Below, in pieces: positions 10,161-18,965 of a stretch of DNA of 53,700 bases. The position numbers were made by a program, and so were the translations under genes. The notes beneath the pieces were generated by a model that made no database searches, was not told the origin of the DNA, and saw nothing but the letters and a program-made list of their open reading frames with translations. Position 1 is the first letter of the stretch; each line of letters opens with the position of its first letter. The stretch spans positions 124,001 through 177,700 of the forward strand of contig JBBDMM010000001.1 in assembly GCA_040878325.1 (NCBI GenBank), in the 5' to 3' direction. Source of the DNA: Acidimicrobiia bacterium. Lineage in GTDB: Bacteria; Actinomycetota; Acidimicrobiia; Spongiisociales; UBA11373.

Positions 10161-10232
10161 TGGGCGCTACTGGGATCGAACCAGTGACCTCTTCCGTGTC
10201 AGGGAAGCGCTCTTCCGCTGAGCTAAGCGCCC
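10161..10232 (-). tRNA. tRNA-Val(GAC)
   Basis: GGGCGCTTAGCTCAGCGGAAGAGCGCTTCCCT-GAC-ACGGAAGAGGTCACTGGTTCGATCCCAGTAGCGCCCA; CCA not encoded. Confidence 0.97.
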
Positions 10233-10271
10233 TTCAGGGGCGGGACTGTAGTGGTACCCGGTGCGGGTCCG

Positions 10272-10574
10272 TCACCGCCTCGAGCGGTCGGTTCGGTCCC
10301 TCTGGGTCTGCCGACGATGCGACTTCCGGGTCTGGGCGAGGCGCTCGACGTGGTCGATCACGCTACCCAACAAGGCGAGACGCTCGTCGGCGGTCGAGGC
10401 CCTGATGGGCTCGAAGCCCGCAGTCCCGAGGCGGACATCGGCGTAGGTACCCCGGTCGTCCTCGTGGAAGTGGAGGAACGGTCGCGAGCGAAATTGGAAG
10501 TTGGGCGAGCCGCCACCGTGATCGACGAGCCCGTCGATCGACCGCAGTGCCTCCACCAACTCGTCGTGGGTCAT
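10272..10574 (-). CDS. Small hypothetical protein (100 aa) between tRNA-Cys and tRNA-Val
   Basis: GGAG RBS and ATG at 10574; MTHDELVEALRSIDGL..RPFLHFHEDDRGTYADVRL. Confidence 0.7.
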   Translation of the reverse strand: MTHDELVEALRSIDGLVDHGGGSPNFQFRSRPFLHFHEDDRGTYADVRLGTAGFEPIRASTADERLALLGSVIDHVERLAQTRKSHRRQTQRDRTDRSRR

Positions 10575-10583
10575 GTCTCTCCG

Positions 10584-10654
10584 AGGCGGCGCCCGGAATT
10601 GAACCGGGGTAGAGGGTTTTGCAGACCCTTGCCTAACCACTCGGCCACGCCGCC
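10584..10654 (-). tRNA. tRNA-Cys(GCA)
   Basis: GGCGGCGTGGCCGAGTGGTTAGGCAAGGGTCT-GCA-AAACCCTCTACCCCGGTTCAATTCCGGGCGCCGCCT. Confidence 0.97.
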
Positions 10655-10655
10655 C

Positions 10656-10847
10656 TATCCGTCAGACCCGGTCGGGGCCCAACCCCGACCTCCTCCCGAG
10701 CATGGGGCCCCAACCCCATGCCGGGCCGTATCCGTCAGACCCGGTCGGGGCCCAACCCCGACCTCCTCCCGAGCATGGGGCCCCAACCCCATGCCGGGCC
10801 GTATCCGTCAGACCCGGTCGGGGCCCAACCCCGACCTCCTCCCGAGC
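10656..10847. repeat. 73-bp direct tandem repeat, 2.6 identical copies, two hairpins per unit
   Basis: Units start at 10656, 10729 and 10802 (partial); hairpins GGTCGGGG-CCCAA-CCCCGACC and GCATGGGG-CCCCAA-CCCCATGC. Confidence 0.95.
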
Positions 10848-10885
10848 CCGACTAATAGGAAGGGGCGACTCTCGCCGCCCCTCGG

Positions 10886-10958
10886 AGCGGACGACCGGTC
10901 TCGAACCGGCGACCTTCACCTTGGCAAGGTGACGCTCTACCAACTGAGCTACGTCCGC
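10886..10958 (-). tRNA. tRNA-Gly(GCC)
   Basis: GCGGACGTAGCTCAGTTGGTAGAGCGTCACCTT-GCC-AAGGTGAAGGTCGCCGGTTCGAGACCGGTCGTCCGCT. Confidence 0.97.
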
Positions 10959-10968
10959 GAGAACGGTG

Positions 10969-10977
10969 AATATATCA
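10969..10977 (-). promoter_or_regulatory. Extended -10 element for the tRNA cluster
   Basis: TGaTATATT 10 nt upstream of tRNA-Gly. Confidence 0.55.
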
Positions 10978-10992
10978 CGAGGCATTCTTCGG

Positions 10993-11421
10993 TCAGGAGC
11001 CCGTGGAACCGAACCCCCCGGCCCCACGCGATGACTCCGGAAGGTCATCGACCGCCTCGAATTCTTGTGAGGCGACGGGTACCACCACCATCTGGGCGAC
11101 TCGATCACCTCGCTCGATCTGGATCGCTTCTGAGCCCAGATTCACCAGGATCACCTTGATCTCGCCGCGATAGCCGGAGTCCACCAGCCCCGGGCTGTTG
11201 ACCACCCCGAGCCCCGAACGGGCGGCGAGGCCGGACCGCGGGGTGACCAGACCGGCGAACCCATCCGGGATCGCCACCGCCACGCCGGTGGGAACGACCC
11301 CCCGCTCCCCAGGCTCGAGTGAGGTGGCCTCGCGGGCGTAGAGGTCCACGCCGCCATCGCCCGGATGGGCGTGAGCGGGCATCGGAAGGTCGGGGTCGAG
11401 CCGCTTGAGCGGGATGCGCAT
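10993..11421 (-). CDS. dut: dUTP diphosphatase
   Basis: [41 protein letters not shown] at 11421 lies 7 nt after CATAAT (likely leaderless). Confidence 0.96.
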   Translation of the reverse strand: MRIPLKRLDPDLPMPAHAHPGDGGVDLYAREATSLEPGERGVVPTGVAVAIPDGFAGLVTPRSGLAARSGLGVVNSPGLVDSGYRGEIKVILVNLGSEAIQIERGDRVAQMVVVPVASQEFEAVDDLPESSRGAGGFGSTGS

Positions 11422-11445
11422 GATGTCGATTATGCCCCTGGGAAG

Positions 11446-12411
11446 ATGACAGACGTGAGCCGGCTGAGGACACCCGAACGAGAAGCGTCCCGTAGGACGA
11501 TTCTCGGCATGCTGGAGACCACTCCAGCGACGGTGGCGCGCGCCGGCACCCACGGCGATCTGGAGGAGCCGGTCCCCGACCTCGACTTCGACTGGCGACC
11601 CACCCCCCTGGGGAAGGTGGTGGAGTCGAAACGGGAGTATCGGTACCCGATCGTCGCCGGGGCGGCGCTCGTTGGGTTGGCGGTGCTCTTCGTGGCGCGG
11701 TTCGTCATCTACCTCCCCGCCGACCAGGCGGAGGCCCGCCTCGTCGAATACGCCACGGCAGTCGACGATTTCTCCGCTGCCATCGAGGCGATGGAGGAGG
11801 CGGCGACCCTCACCGACCCGGCCGCCGCCGGGCAGTTTCTCGAAGCGGCCGGGGAGCTCCTCGTGGTCGCCCGTCCCGGACCACCGGGGTTCCTGCCGTT
11901 CATGCCGGCCGGACCCGTGGCGGATGTGCGATCCGTCCGCCACCGGCTCCTGATCCTGGCCGACGCCGCCGACTCGATCGCCGCCCGACTCGCCCGCGCC
12001 GCCCAGTACCGCGAGGCGGCCGGGGAAATCCTCGAGATCCCGCTGCTTCCCTCGAGCGCTCCCCCCGAGTTGATCGATCCGGCCGCCCGGGCCCTCGCCG
12101 CCATGCTCAGCCAATCGGCAGCGGCGGCAGGACGCCTCGACGACAGCGACGAGTACGCCGCGTATCGGGAAAGCGTGGAACAGGCCCTGGCCACGGTGCC
12201 GGGGCGGATCGACCGCTATCTCCTGGCGCTCCGGCGCGGGGAGGAGGCGACCGCGGTGGCGCTCATCGCCGAGCTGGAGGCGACCCGGGCGGACACCCTC
12301 GCCGAAGTCGAAGCAGTACTCGGGCAGGTCGAAGCGGACGCCGCCACCCTGATCCTGGAACTGAAGCGCGGGATCGCCGAGGTGAGGATCCTTCTAGGGG
12401 GTGCGGGCTGA
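11446..12411 (+). CDS. Hypothetical single-pass membrane protein, alpha-helical
   Basis: One hydrophobic segment ([22 protein letters not shown]) followed by Ala/Glu-rich helices; start uncertain (11446 or 11509). Confidence 0.65.
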   Translation: MTDVSRLRTPEREASRRTILGMLETTPATVARAGTHGDLEEPVPDLDFDWRPTPLGKVVESKREYRYPIVAGAALVGLAVLFVARFVIYLPADQAEARLVEYATAVDDFSAAIEAMEEAATLTDPAAAGQFLEAAGELLVVARPGPPGFLPFMPAGPVADVRSVRHRLLILADAADSIAARLARAAQYREAAGEILEIPLLPSSAPPELIDPAARALAAMLSQSAAAAGRLDDSDEYAAYRESVEQALATVPGRIDRYLLALRRGEEATAVALIAELEATRADTLAEVEAVLGQVEADAATLILELKRGIAEVRILLGGAG

Positions 12412-12430
12412 CCGGCGATTCGAACAGGGT

Positions 12431-12877
12431 TCAGCCCGGGTCCTCGAGGGCGGCCATCTCTCGCTCGAAGTCGCTGGCCCCCTCGAAGTCCTTGTATACC
12501 GAGGCAAATCGGAGATAGGCCACCTCGTCGAGATGGCGGAGCGCTTCGAGCACCCGCCGGCCGATCTCGTCGGTTGCCGATTCGCCTTCGGCCTCGACGA
12601 AGGCCTCGATCTCGCCCACGAGGGCGTCGATGGCCCCTGGGGGAACCTCCCGACCGGCGACCGCGTTCGCCACCCCCGCCCGTACCTTCTCGGGGACGAA
12701 GGGCTCGATGCGGCCATCCCGCTTGCGCACCGTGAGACTGCTCTCCCGCCGCTCATAGGTGGTGAATCGGTTGGCGCACACCTCGCACGCCCGGCGGCGG
12801 CGGATGGCCGACCCGCCTTCAGCGGGACGACTGTCGACGACCCTGGTGTCCTCGGCCGAGCAATAGGGGCATCGCAT
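12431..12877 (-). CDS. nrdR: Transcriptional repressor NrdR
   Basis: MRCPYC..VVDSR..IRRRRAC..C..RFTTYE; ATP-cone; VAYLRFASVY. Confidence 0.97.
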   Translation of the reverse strand: MRCPYCSAEDTRVVDSRPAEGGSAIRRRRACEVCANRFTTYERRESSLTVRKRDGRIEPFVPEKVRAGVANAVAGREVPPGAIDALVGEIEAFVEAEGESATDEIGRRVLEALRHLDEVAYLRFASVYKDFEGASDFEREMAALEDPG

Positions 12878-12958
12878 GGCCTCGAAGGGTACCGGTGCCG
12901 CCGACCAGGCGTTCTCAACAGGAACCACGGAGGGTGCCCGACGACGACGATCCGTGGT

Positions 12959-13264
12959 CTAGGGGACCGGGATCCGGAGCACCTGGCCCGGCTGAATGCT
13001 GCTCGTCTCGAGGCCGTTCACTGCTTTCAGGTCGAAAACGAAGTCACGAACGTCGGAATCCTCGGGAGCGTGAACCATGGCGATATCCCACAAAGTGTCG
13101 CCAACCCGAACCGTATGGGTGACGAAGCTGATTTCGTCGTGCGAGGCGACCGTTGGCCCCTCGGCGCGAGCGGCAACGGCGACAGCGAGCAGGAGGGCCA
13201 GCGCCACGGCGACCGAGGTGAGGAGAACCACGACCCTGGTGCGGGTATTGGCGGAGATCGTCAT
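12959..13264 (-). CDS. Membrane-anchored LysM protein, probable SOS cell-division inhibitor (YneA/ChiZ/DivS-like)
   Basis: AGGAGG RBS, N-terminal TM helix, LysM motif HTVRVGDTLWDIA..IQPGQVLRIP; divergent from lexA and upstream of nrdR. Confidence 0.85.
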   Translation of the reverse strand: MTISANTRTRVVVLLTSVAVALALLLAVAVAARAEGPTVASHDEISFVTHTVRVGDTLWDIAMVHAPEDSDVRDFVFDLKAVNGLETSSIQPGQVLRIPVP

Positions 13265-13328
13265 TGCGCTGGCACCTCCTACTTTGCTGTCTGTCTCGGG
13301 GGCCTTGGTTACCCCCCACACGCTGCAC

Positions 13329-13350
13329 ACCCTATGGACCCGGTGTGACA
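13329..13350 (-). promoter_or_regulatory. RecA-NDp (PafBC-type) promoter of the LysM gene
   Basis: TGTCAC-N10-TAGGGT. Confidence 0.6.
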
Positions 13351-13440
13351 CGAACGTGTGTTCGCTCTGAGGTGACCAATGTACCGAACGGGTGTTCGCC
13401 TGTCAAGTCGAACATATGTTTGTCGGTGAACACCTGTTCG
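13351..13440. promoter_or_regulatory. Four LexA (SOS) boxes overlapping divergent promoters
   Basis: CGAACGTGTGTTCG 13351-13364, CGAACGGGTGTTCG 13385-13398, CGAACATATGTTTG 13409-13422, TGAACACCTGTTCG 13427-13440; promoters TTGACA-N17-TACATT (minus, 13406-13378) and TTGTCG-N17-TATCGT (plus, 13420-13448). Confidence 0.9.
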
Positions 13441-13473
13441 GCTATCGTTCGGCGATAAGAAAGGGAGGGCCCC

Positions 13474-14103
13474 ATGTCCCCGAGCGACATAAGCGATCGC
13501 CAGAAGCAGATTCTCGAGCTCATCTACGAGACGGTGCAGCGTCGGGGCTATCCCCCATCCGTACGGGAGATCGGGGAGGCCGTCGGTCTCAGCTCGCCCT
13601 CCACCGTCCACAGTCACCTTTCGGCCCTGGTGGAGGGCGGATACCTCCGCCGCGATGCCACCAAGCCGCGCGCCATCGAAGTCATCGACACCGGCGGTGA
13701 CGGCGAACTGCGCCGCGCCCCGGTACGCGATGTCCCCCTCGTTGGGCGAATCGCCGCCGGCTCTCCGATGCTCGCCGAGGAGGACATCGAGGAGATCTTC
13801 CCGCTGCCCACCGAGCTGGTCGGCAACGAGCCTGTCATCATGCTGCGGGTCCAGGGCGACTCGATGATCAACGCGGGGATCTTCGACGGCGACCTCGTCG
13901 TCGTGCGACGCCAGCCCGACGCCCGGAACGGCGAACTGGTGGCCGCCCTGATCAACGGCGAAGAAGCCACCGTCAAGCGATTCCGCCGTGAGGGCGACCG
14001 GGTGCTACTGATCGCCGAGAACCCTGCCTACGAACCGATCGTGCTCACCAGCGGCGTCGAGATCGTGGGGAAGGTCGTCGCGGTCCTGCGAACGGTGAAG
14101 TAA
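13474..14103 (+). CDS. lexA: SOS repressor LexA
   Basis: GYPPSVREIG winged HTH, IAAG cleavage site, GDSM catalytic Ser, TVK catalytic Lys. Confidence 0.98.
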   Translation: MSPSDISDRQKQILELIYETVQRRGYPPSVREIGEAVGLSSPSTVHSHLSALVEGGYLRRDATKPRAIEVIDTGGDGELRRAPVRDVPLVGRIAAGSPMLAEEDIEEIFPLPTELVGNEPVIMLRVQGDSMINAGIFDGDLVVVRRQPDARNGELVAALINGEEATVKRFRREGDRVLLIAENPAYEPIVLTSGVEIVGKVVAVLRTVK

Positions 14104-14118
14104 GAGGGCCCTTCGAGC

Positions 14119-14136
14119 GCGATTGGCGATTGGCGA
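14119..14136. repeat. Short heptamer array (GCGATTG)x2.6
   Basis: Between convergent lexA and dapF; same unit as 48604-48627. Confidence 0.6.
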
Positions 14137-14150
14137 GCCTGCTCGCAGGG

Positions 14151-14951
14151 TCAGCTGCCCCCCTCCCCCCTTCGGGGTACTCCCCCCGGAAGCCGGGGGA
14201 AGACGATCGTTCCTGAGAAGACCTCGCGGGCGGGGCCTTCGATCCAGGCTTCGCCTTCGATGATCTCCACCAGCAGTGGGCCACCGGGGAGCATCACGGT
14301 CACCTTGGGATCGGTCAGGCCGCGGTGGATGGCGGCTGCCACCGTGGCGGCGGCACCGGTGCCGCAGGCGAGGGTCTCGCCCACTCCCCGCTCCCACACC
14401 CGGAGGTCGATTCGGTCCGGAGCGACGACCGTGGCGAACTCCACATTGGTGCGGTCGGGGAACGCTGGATCGCCTTCGACCAGGGGGCCGGCGGCGCCGA
14501 CGGGCACCGCCCCGGTGTCGGAGACGAAGGCGACGGCATGGGGATTCCCGACGTCGACCCGCTCCAGCCGATAGCCGATCAGTTCCACCGGGTCACCGGA
14601 GACCGCAACCGGGCCGAGTTGGGCGCGGACGGTCCCGTCTCGCACCACGGTGCTCCTCGGCCCGACCGGGGTGTCGACCGTCACTTCGGGGCCGGGGACC
14701 ATCCCGTGCGTCACCGCATATAGGGCGACACACCGCAAGCCGTTCCCGCACATTTCGGCGGCCGATCCATCGGCGTTCCAGTAGCCCATGGACACGGTCC
14801 CGGCGTCCACCGGAGTCACCACCAGGACCCCATCGGCTCCGATCCCGCGCCGGCGGTCGCACCAATCAGCCACCTGCGCCGGAGATGGGTCGAATGGGCC
14901 ACCGAAGACGACGAAGTCGTTGCCCAGGCCCTCCATCTTCACGAAGTCCAT
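14151..14951 (-). CDS. dapF: Diaminopimelate epimerase
   Basis: KMEGLGNDF, EMCGNGLRC, GNPH, ERGVGETLACGTGA. Confidence 0.97.
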   Translation of the reverse strand: MDFVKMEGLGNDFVVFGGPFDPSPAQVADWCDRRRGIGADGVLVVTPVDAGTVSMGYWNADGSAAEMCGNGLRCVALYAVTHGMVPGPEVTVDTPVGPRSTVVRDGTVRAQLGPVAVSGDPVELIGYRLERVDVGNPHAVAFVSDTGAVPVGAAGPLVEGDPAFPDRTNVEFATVVAPDRIDLRVWERGVGETLACGTGAAATVAAAIHRGLTDPKVTVMLPGGPLLVEIIEGEAWIEGPAREVFSGTIVFPRLPGGVPRRGEGGS

Positions 14952-15856
14952 CCGGCCCCCTCGAGGCTCGCCACCGCCGTCTCGGCAAGCAAAGCGGGGT
15001 CATCTTGCCACCCCAGCCAGTCGATCCTCGGGTCGCGCCGGTGATAGGTGCGCTGGCGCCGCGCCAGCGCGGTAGTGGCGTCGATCGCCCGCCTGCGAGC
15101 GGTGGCCAGGTCCCACTCCCCCTCGACCACCCGCATCATCTCGCGGTACCCGACCGCGGTGGCGGCGGTGGGGCCTAACCGGCCGCGCAAGCCATCGACT
15201 TCGTCGAGCAGACCGCCCTCGATCATCCGGTCGAGCCGCCGCTCCACCCGGGCGGGAAGCTGCTCCCCCGGATCGACACCCACCACGGCCACCGGGATCT
15301 CGGGCCGATACTCCCGGACGGCATCGGCAGTTGGCGCAGTCGCCCGGGCCGTAGGCGTCAACCCGGTGAGCCGGTGGATCTCCAGGGCGCGGATCACCCG
15401 GCGCGGGTTGCTCAGATCGACCCACACCCCTGCTTCCGAATCAGCCGCGAGCAGTTCCGCGGTTGCCTCCTCGGCCGACATGCCCTCGATGACCTCCCGC
15501 AGGCTCTCGTCCGTCGGAGGAAACTCCAGCGGATCCACCAGCGACCTGAAGTGCAGCCCGCTGCCACCCACGATCAGGACCCGAGCTCCCCGACCCTCGA
15601 TCTCGGCCATCGCCAGACGTCCGCGCACCTGAAACTCGGCCACGGAGAAGGCCACCTCCGGATCGACGATGTCGATCATGTGATGCGGCACACGGGCGAC
15701 CTCGCCGGCCGCCGGCTTGGCGGTCCCGATGTCCATGCCCCGATAGACCTGCATGCTGTCTACCGAGACGATCTCCGCGCCGAGCCGCTCGGCGACGAGC
15801 AGGGCGACATCGCTCTTACCGGCCGCAGTGGGGCCGAGAATCGCCCCGACCTTCAG
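14939..15856 (-). CDS. miaA: tRNA dimethylallyltransferase; probable CTG start
   Basis: GPTAAGKS P-loop and VDSMQVYRGMDIGTAKP. The P-loop lies upstream of the ORF-track ATG (15754), so the start must be earlier. Confidence 0.92.
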   Translation of the reverse strand: MKVGAILGPTAAGKSDVALLVAERLGAEIVSVDSMQVYRGMDIGTAKPAAGEVARVPHHMIDIVDPEVAFSVAEFQVRGRLAMAEIEGRGARVLIVGGSGLHFRSLVDPLEFPPTDESLREVIEGMSAEEATAELLAADSEAGVWVDLSNPRRVIRALEIHRLTGLTPTARATAPTADAVREYRPEIPVAVVGVDPGEQLPARVERRLDRMIEGGLLDEVDGLRGRLGPTAATAVGYREMMRVVEGEWDLATARRRAIDATTALARRQRTYHRRDPRIDWLGWQDDPALLAETAVASLEGAGWTS

Positions 15857-17241
15857 GTCGCCACCCGCCCGACCAGGTGGCTGGGGGCGGCACGCTCGAC
15901 GACGGCGTCAAGAAAGGACCCTGGGGCGTGCTCACCGGGAACGTGCAAGACCTTGTTGGTCCTCGTCCTCGCCGTCACCACTCCAGGATCCTTCCTCGAA
16001 GGACCCTCGACGAGACCCTCGACCGTGCTGCCCACCAACGCCTGGTTCTTCTCCAGCGACACCTGGCGCTGCAGATCGGCCAACCGGGTGAACCGCGCGG
16101 ACGCCACTGCGGGGTCGACCTGCCCGTCCATGTCGGCTGCAGGGGTCCCCGGTCGGGGCGAGTAGATGAACATGTAGGCACCGTCGAAGCGGGCTTCGGC
16201 CACCACATCGAGTGTCCGCTGGAAGTCATCCTCCGTCTCGCCGGGGAACCCCACGATGACGTCGGTGGAGGTCGCCAGGCCGGGAATCGTCGCCTCGGCG
16301 GCCCGCAGCTTCTCGATGAAACGATCCGGGGTGTAGCCGCGTTGCATCGCCCGCAGGATCCGGGCGCTGCCGCTCTGAAGGGGCAGATGGAGTTGCTCGC
16401 ACACCGCAGGTGTCTCGGCCATCGCCTCGAGCACATCCTGCTTGATGTCCTTGGGGTGCGGGCTGGTGAACCGGATCCGCCGGATCCCTTCGATCTCGCC
16501 CACTCGCCGCAGCAGGTCGGCGAAGATCGGACGGCGGCGGCCATCGATCGCCAGGTCCCGCCCGTAGGAGTTGACGTTCTGGCCGAGAAGGGTCACCTCG
16601 ACCACCCCGTCGGCAACCAGATCGCGCACCTCGCGGACGACGTCGCCCGGACGCCGCGAGATCTCCTTGCCCCGGACGATCGGCACGATGCAGAAGGTGC
16701 ACCCGTTGTTGCACCCGATCGTGATCGTCACCCAGGCCGAATGCGGAACCTCCCGGTGGGCCGGCAGGGTGGACGGCACATCGTCGATCGAGGCGGTCTC
16801 GTCCCAGATCTCGGTGACCGGGCCCCACTCCTCGGCGTGATCGAGGAGGGTGATCACCCGATGGAGGTTGTGCGTACCGAAGACCACATCCACCCACGGC
16901 GCCTTTGCCTGAACGACCTCTCGATCCTTCTGGGCGAGGCACCCACCCACCAGGATCCGCATGCCGGGGCGTTCGTCCTTCACCGCCTTGAGTTGACCGA
17001 GGTTCCCATAGAGGCGGTTGTCGGCGTTCTCGCGGATACAGCAGGTGTTGATCATCACCACGTCGGCATCGGCGAGCCCGGCGGCGGGAACCATCCCATC
17101 GGCTTCGAACAGCCCTCCAATGCGTTCGGAATCGTGCTCGTTCATTTGACAGCCGAAGGTCCGCACCAGGTACCGGCGCCCGGTGCGCGTCGGAACGCGA
17201 CGCTCGCGCACCACGGGGATACCGAGTTCGACGGTGGTCAT
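15853..17241 (-). CDS. miaB: tRNA-2-methylthio-N6-dimethylallyladenosine synthase
   Basis: TFGCQMNEHDSE, CNNGCTFC radical-SAM motif, C-terminal TRAM domain. Confidence 0.96.
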   Translation of the reverse strand: MTTVELGIPVVRERRVPTRTGRRYLVRTFGCQMNEHDSERIGGLFEADGMVPAAGLADADVVMINTCCIRENADNRLYGNLGQLKAVKDERPGMRILVGGCLAQKDREVVQAKAPWVDVVFGTHNLHRVITLLDHAEEWGPVTEIWDETASIDDVPSTLPAHREVPHSAWVTITIGCNNGCTFCIVPIVRGKEISRRPGDVVREVRDLVADGVVEVTLLGQNVNSYGRDLAIDGRRRPIFADLLRRVGEIEGIRRIRFTSPHPKDIKQDVLEAMAETPAVCEQLHLPLQSGSARILRAMQRGYTPDRFIEKLRAAEATIPGLATSTDVIVGFPGETEDDFQRTLDVVAEARFDGAYMFIYSPRPGTPAADMDGQVDPAVASARFTRLADLQRQVSLEKNQALVGSTVEGLVEGPSRKDPGVVTARTRTNKVLHVPGEHAPGSFLDAVVERAAPSHLVGRVAT

Positions 17242-18770
17242 CGGGCGAAATCGGTGGCGCGCAGCTCGCGGATGACCGTTACCCGGATCTGACCCGGATA
17301 CTGAAGGTCCTCTTCGAACCGCTTGGAGATTCGCCGGGCGAGATCGTGAGCGCCGAGATCGTCCACCGATCCGGGATCGACCACCACTCTCACCTCGCGT
17401 CCGGCCTGCATCGCGTACACCCGCTCGACCCCGTCGAACTCCATGGCGATCGCCTCGAGCTGCTCGAGACGACGAACGTAGGAGTCGACCGCCTCGCGAC
17501 GGGCTCCGGGGCGGCTGGCAGACACGGCGTCCGCCGCCTGCACCACCACCGCGGTAAGGGTTCGGGGCTCGACTTCGTTGTGGTGGGCCTCGATGCCGTG
17601 GACAATCGCCGGGTCTTCACCGAACCGGCGGGCGATCTCGGCGCCCACCAGCGCGTGAGAGCCGCCCAACTCGTGACTGACGGCCTTCCCGATATCGTGG
17701 AGGAAGGCCGCCCGCTTCGCCTCTTCTGGATTGATACCGATCTCCGCCGCCAGCATCCCCGCCACCTTTGCCGACTCGATGAGGTGGTGGAGCACGTTCT
17801 GTCCGTACGAGAGCCGGTATTTGAGCCGGCCGAGCAGTGTGACGATCTCGGGATGTACCCGGGAGACCCCGACCTCCAGCAGCGCCCACTCGCCGGCATC
17901 GCGCACTCCCTGCTCCACCTCCGCCAAGGCCTTCTCGTAGGCGTCCTCGATCGATGATGGGTGGATGCGACCGTCGGCGATGAGGCGTTCGAGGGCGATT
18001 CGGGCCACTTCACGCCGCACCGGGTCGAACGCCGAGATGGCGACCGCCTCGGGGGTGTCGTCGACGATGATGTTCACCCCGGTGACCGACTCGAAAGCGC
18101 GGATGTTGCGACCGTCCCGCCCGATGATGCGGCCCTTCATGTCGTCCGACGGCAGGGCGACGGTCGATACGGTCGTCTCGGCTACCACTTCCGACGCAAG
18201 CCGTTGCACCGCGGTGGCAAGAATGCGTCGGGCTCGCCGGTCGGCCTCTTCTCGAGCCTTGGTCTCCATGTCGCGCATGAGAACCATCGCATCGCGGCGT
18301 GCCTCGTCTTCGACCCGATGCAGCAACTCTTCCTTCGCAGCGCGCGCATCGACGCCGGCGAGCGCTTCCAGCGCGGCCCGTGCCTCCTCACGAAGCGCCT
18401 CGACGTCGCGGCGCGATGACGACACGTCGCGCTCGCGGTCAAGGATCAGGGTCTCGCGCTGCGCAAGATTCGAGGCACGCTGTTCGAGGGTCGCCTCGCG
18501 CTGGATGATCCGCTCCTCCTGAGATTCGATCTCGACGCGACGATGCTCGAGAGTCGCCTCTTCGCGCTCGCGATAGGTCTCTGCCTTGGCGCGGGCCTCC
18601 TCTTCGGCCCGTTCCAGCATCCGCTGTGAGGAGGTGCGGGCGTCGCGAACCAATAGGTCGGCCGTCGTCGCGGCCCGGCCCAGGCTTCTTCGCTGAAGCC
18701 AGCGGCCTATGAGAATCCCGGCGCCGAGCGCCACGATCCCGGCGATCGAACCGATCACCGCGGTGGCCAT
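17238..18770 (-). CDS. rny: Ribonuclease Y
   Basis: N-terminal TM helix, coiled coil, KH (MKGRIIGRDGRNIR), HD domain (FLHDIGK); AAGGAG RBS before ATG 18770. Confidence 0.97.
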   Translation of the reverse strand: MATAVIGSIAGIVALGAGILIGRWLQRRSLGRAATTADLLVRDARTSSQRMLERAEEEARAKAETYREREEATLEHRRVEIESQEERIIQREATLEQRASNLAQRETLILDRERDVSSSRRDVEALREEARAALEALAGVDARAAKEELLHRVEDEARRDAMVLMRDMETKAREEADRRARRILATAVQRLASEVVAETTVSTVALPSDDMKGRIIGRDGRNIRAFESVTGVNIIVDDTPEAVAISAFDPVRREVARIALERLIADGRIHPSSIEDAYEKALAEVEQGVRDAGEWALLEVGVSRVHPEIVTLLGRLKYRLSYGQNVLHHLIESAKVAGMLAAEIGINPEEAKRAAFLHDIGKAVSHELGGSHALVGAEIARRFGEDPAIVHGIEAHHNEVEPRTLTAVVVQAADAVSASRPGARREAVDSYVRRLEQLEAIAMEFDGVERVYAMQAGREVRVVVDPGSVDDLGAHDLARRISKRFEEDLQYPGQIRVTVIRELRATDFAR

Positions 18771-18965
18771 GATTCTCCTTCCGGCCGACCCCGCCGGACA
18801 AACTGCGCGTCGAGCCACCCGGCTCGACGCGCACCCTCAGACCCAGTCATCCACAGACTCGGTCGATCACACCTCCCGGCAGGGCCGTAACTTCAGAACG
18901 TTTTGTTTCAATTGCGTGTGCGCGTTGGGAGGTAATCGTACCGCGCCCCGGCCGATCTGCCAGGA

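Noticed and set aside
10656..10847. Possible CRISPR array
   Set aside because: Units are identical end to end with no unique spacers, and there are no cas genes in the window.
10161..10958. Genomic island integrated at a tRNA
   Set aside because: No integrase, and no duplicated tRNA 3' end was seen in the window.
12421..12433. CGAACAGGGTTCA as a LexA box
   Set aside because: The spacer is 3 nt rather than 4, and it lies between convergent gene ends.
15877..17292. Long antisense ORFs, also 2909-4246, 5097-6407, 27309-28697 and 44859-46208
   Set aside because: Shadow frames of real genes in high-GC DNA, with no recognisable motifs.
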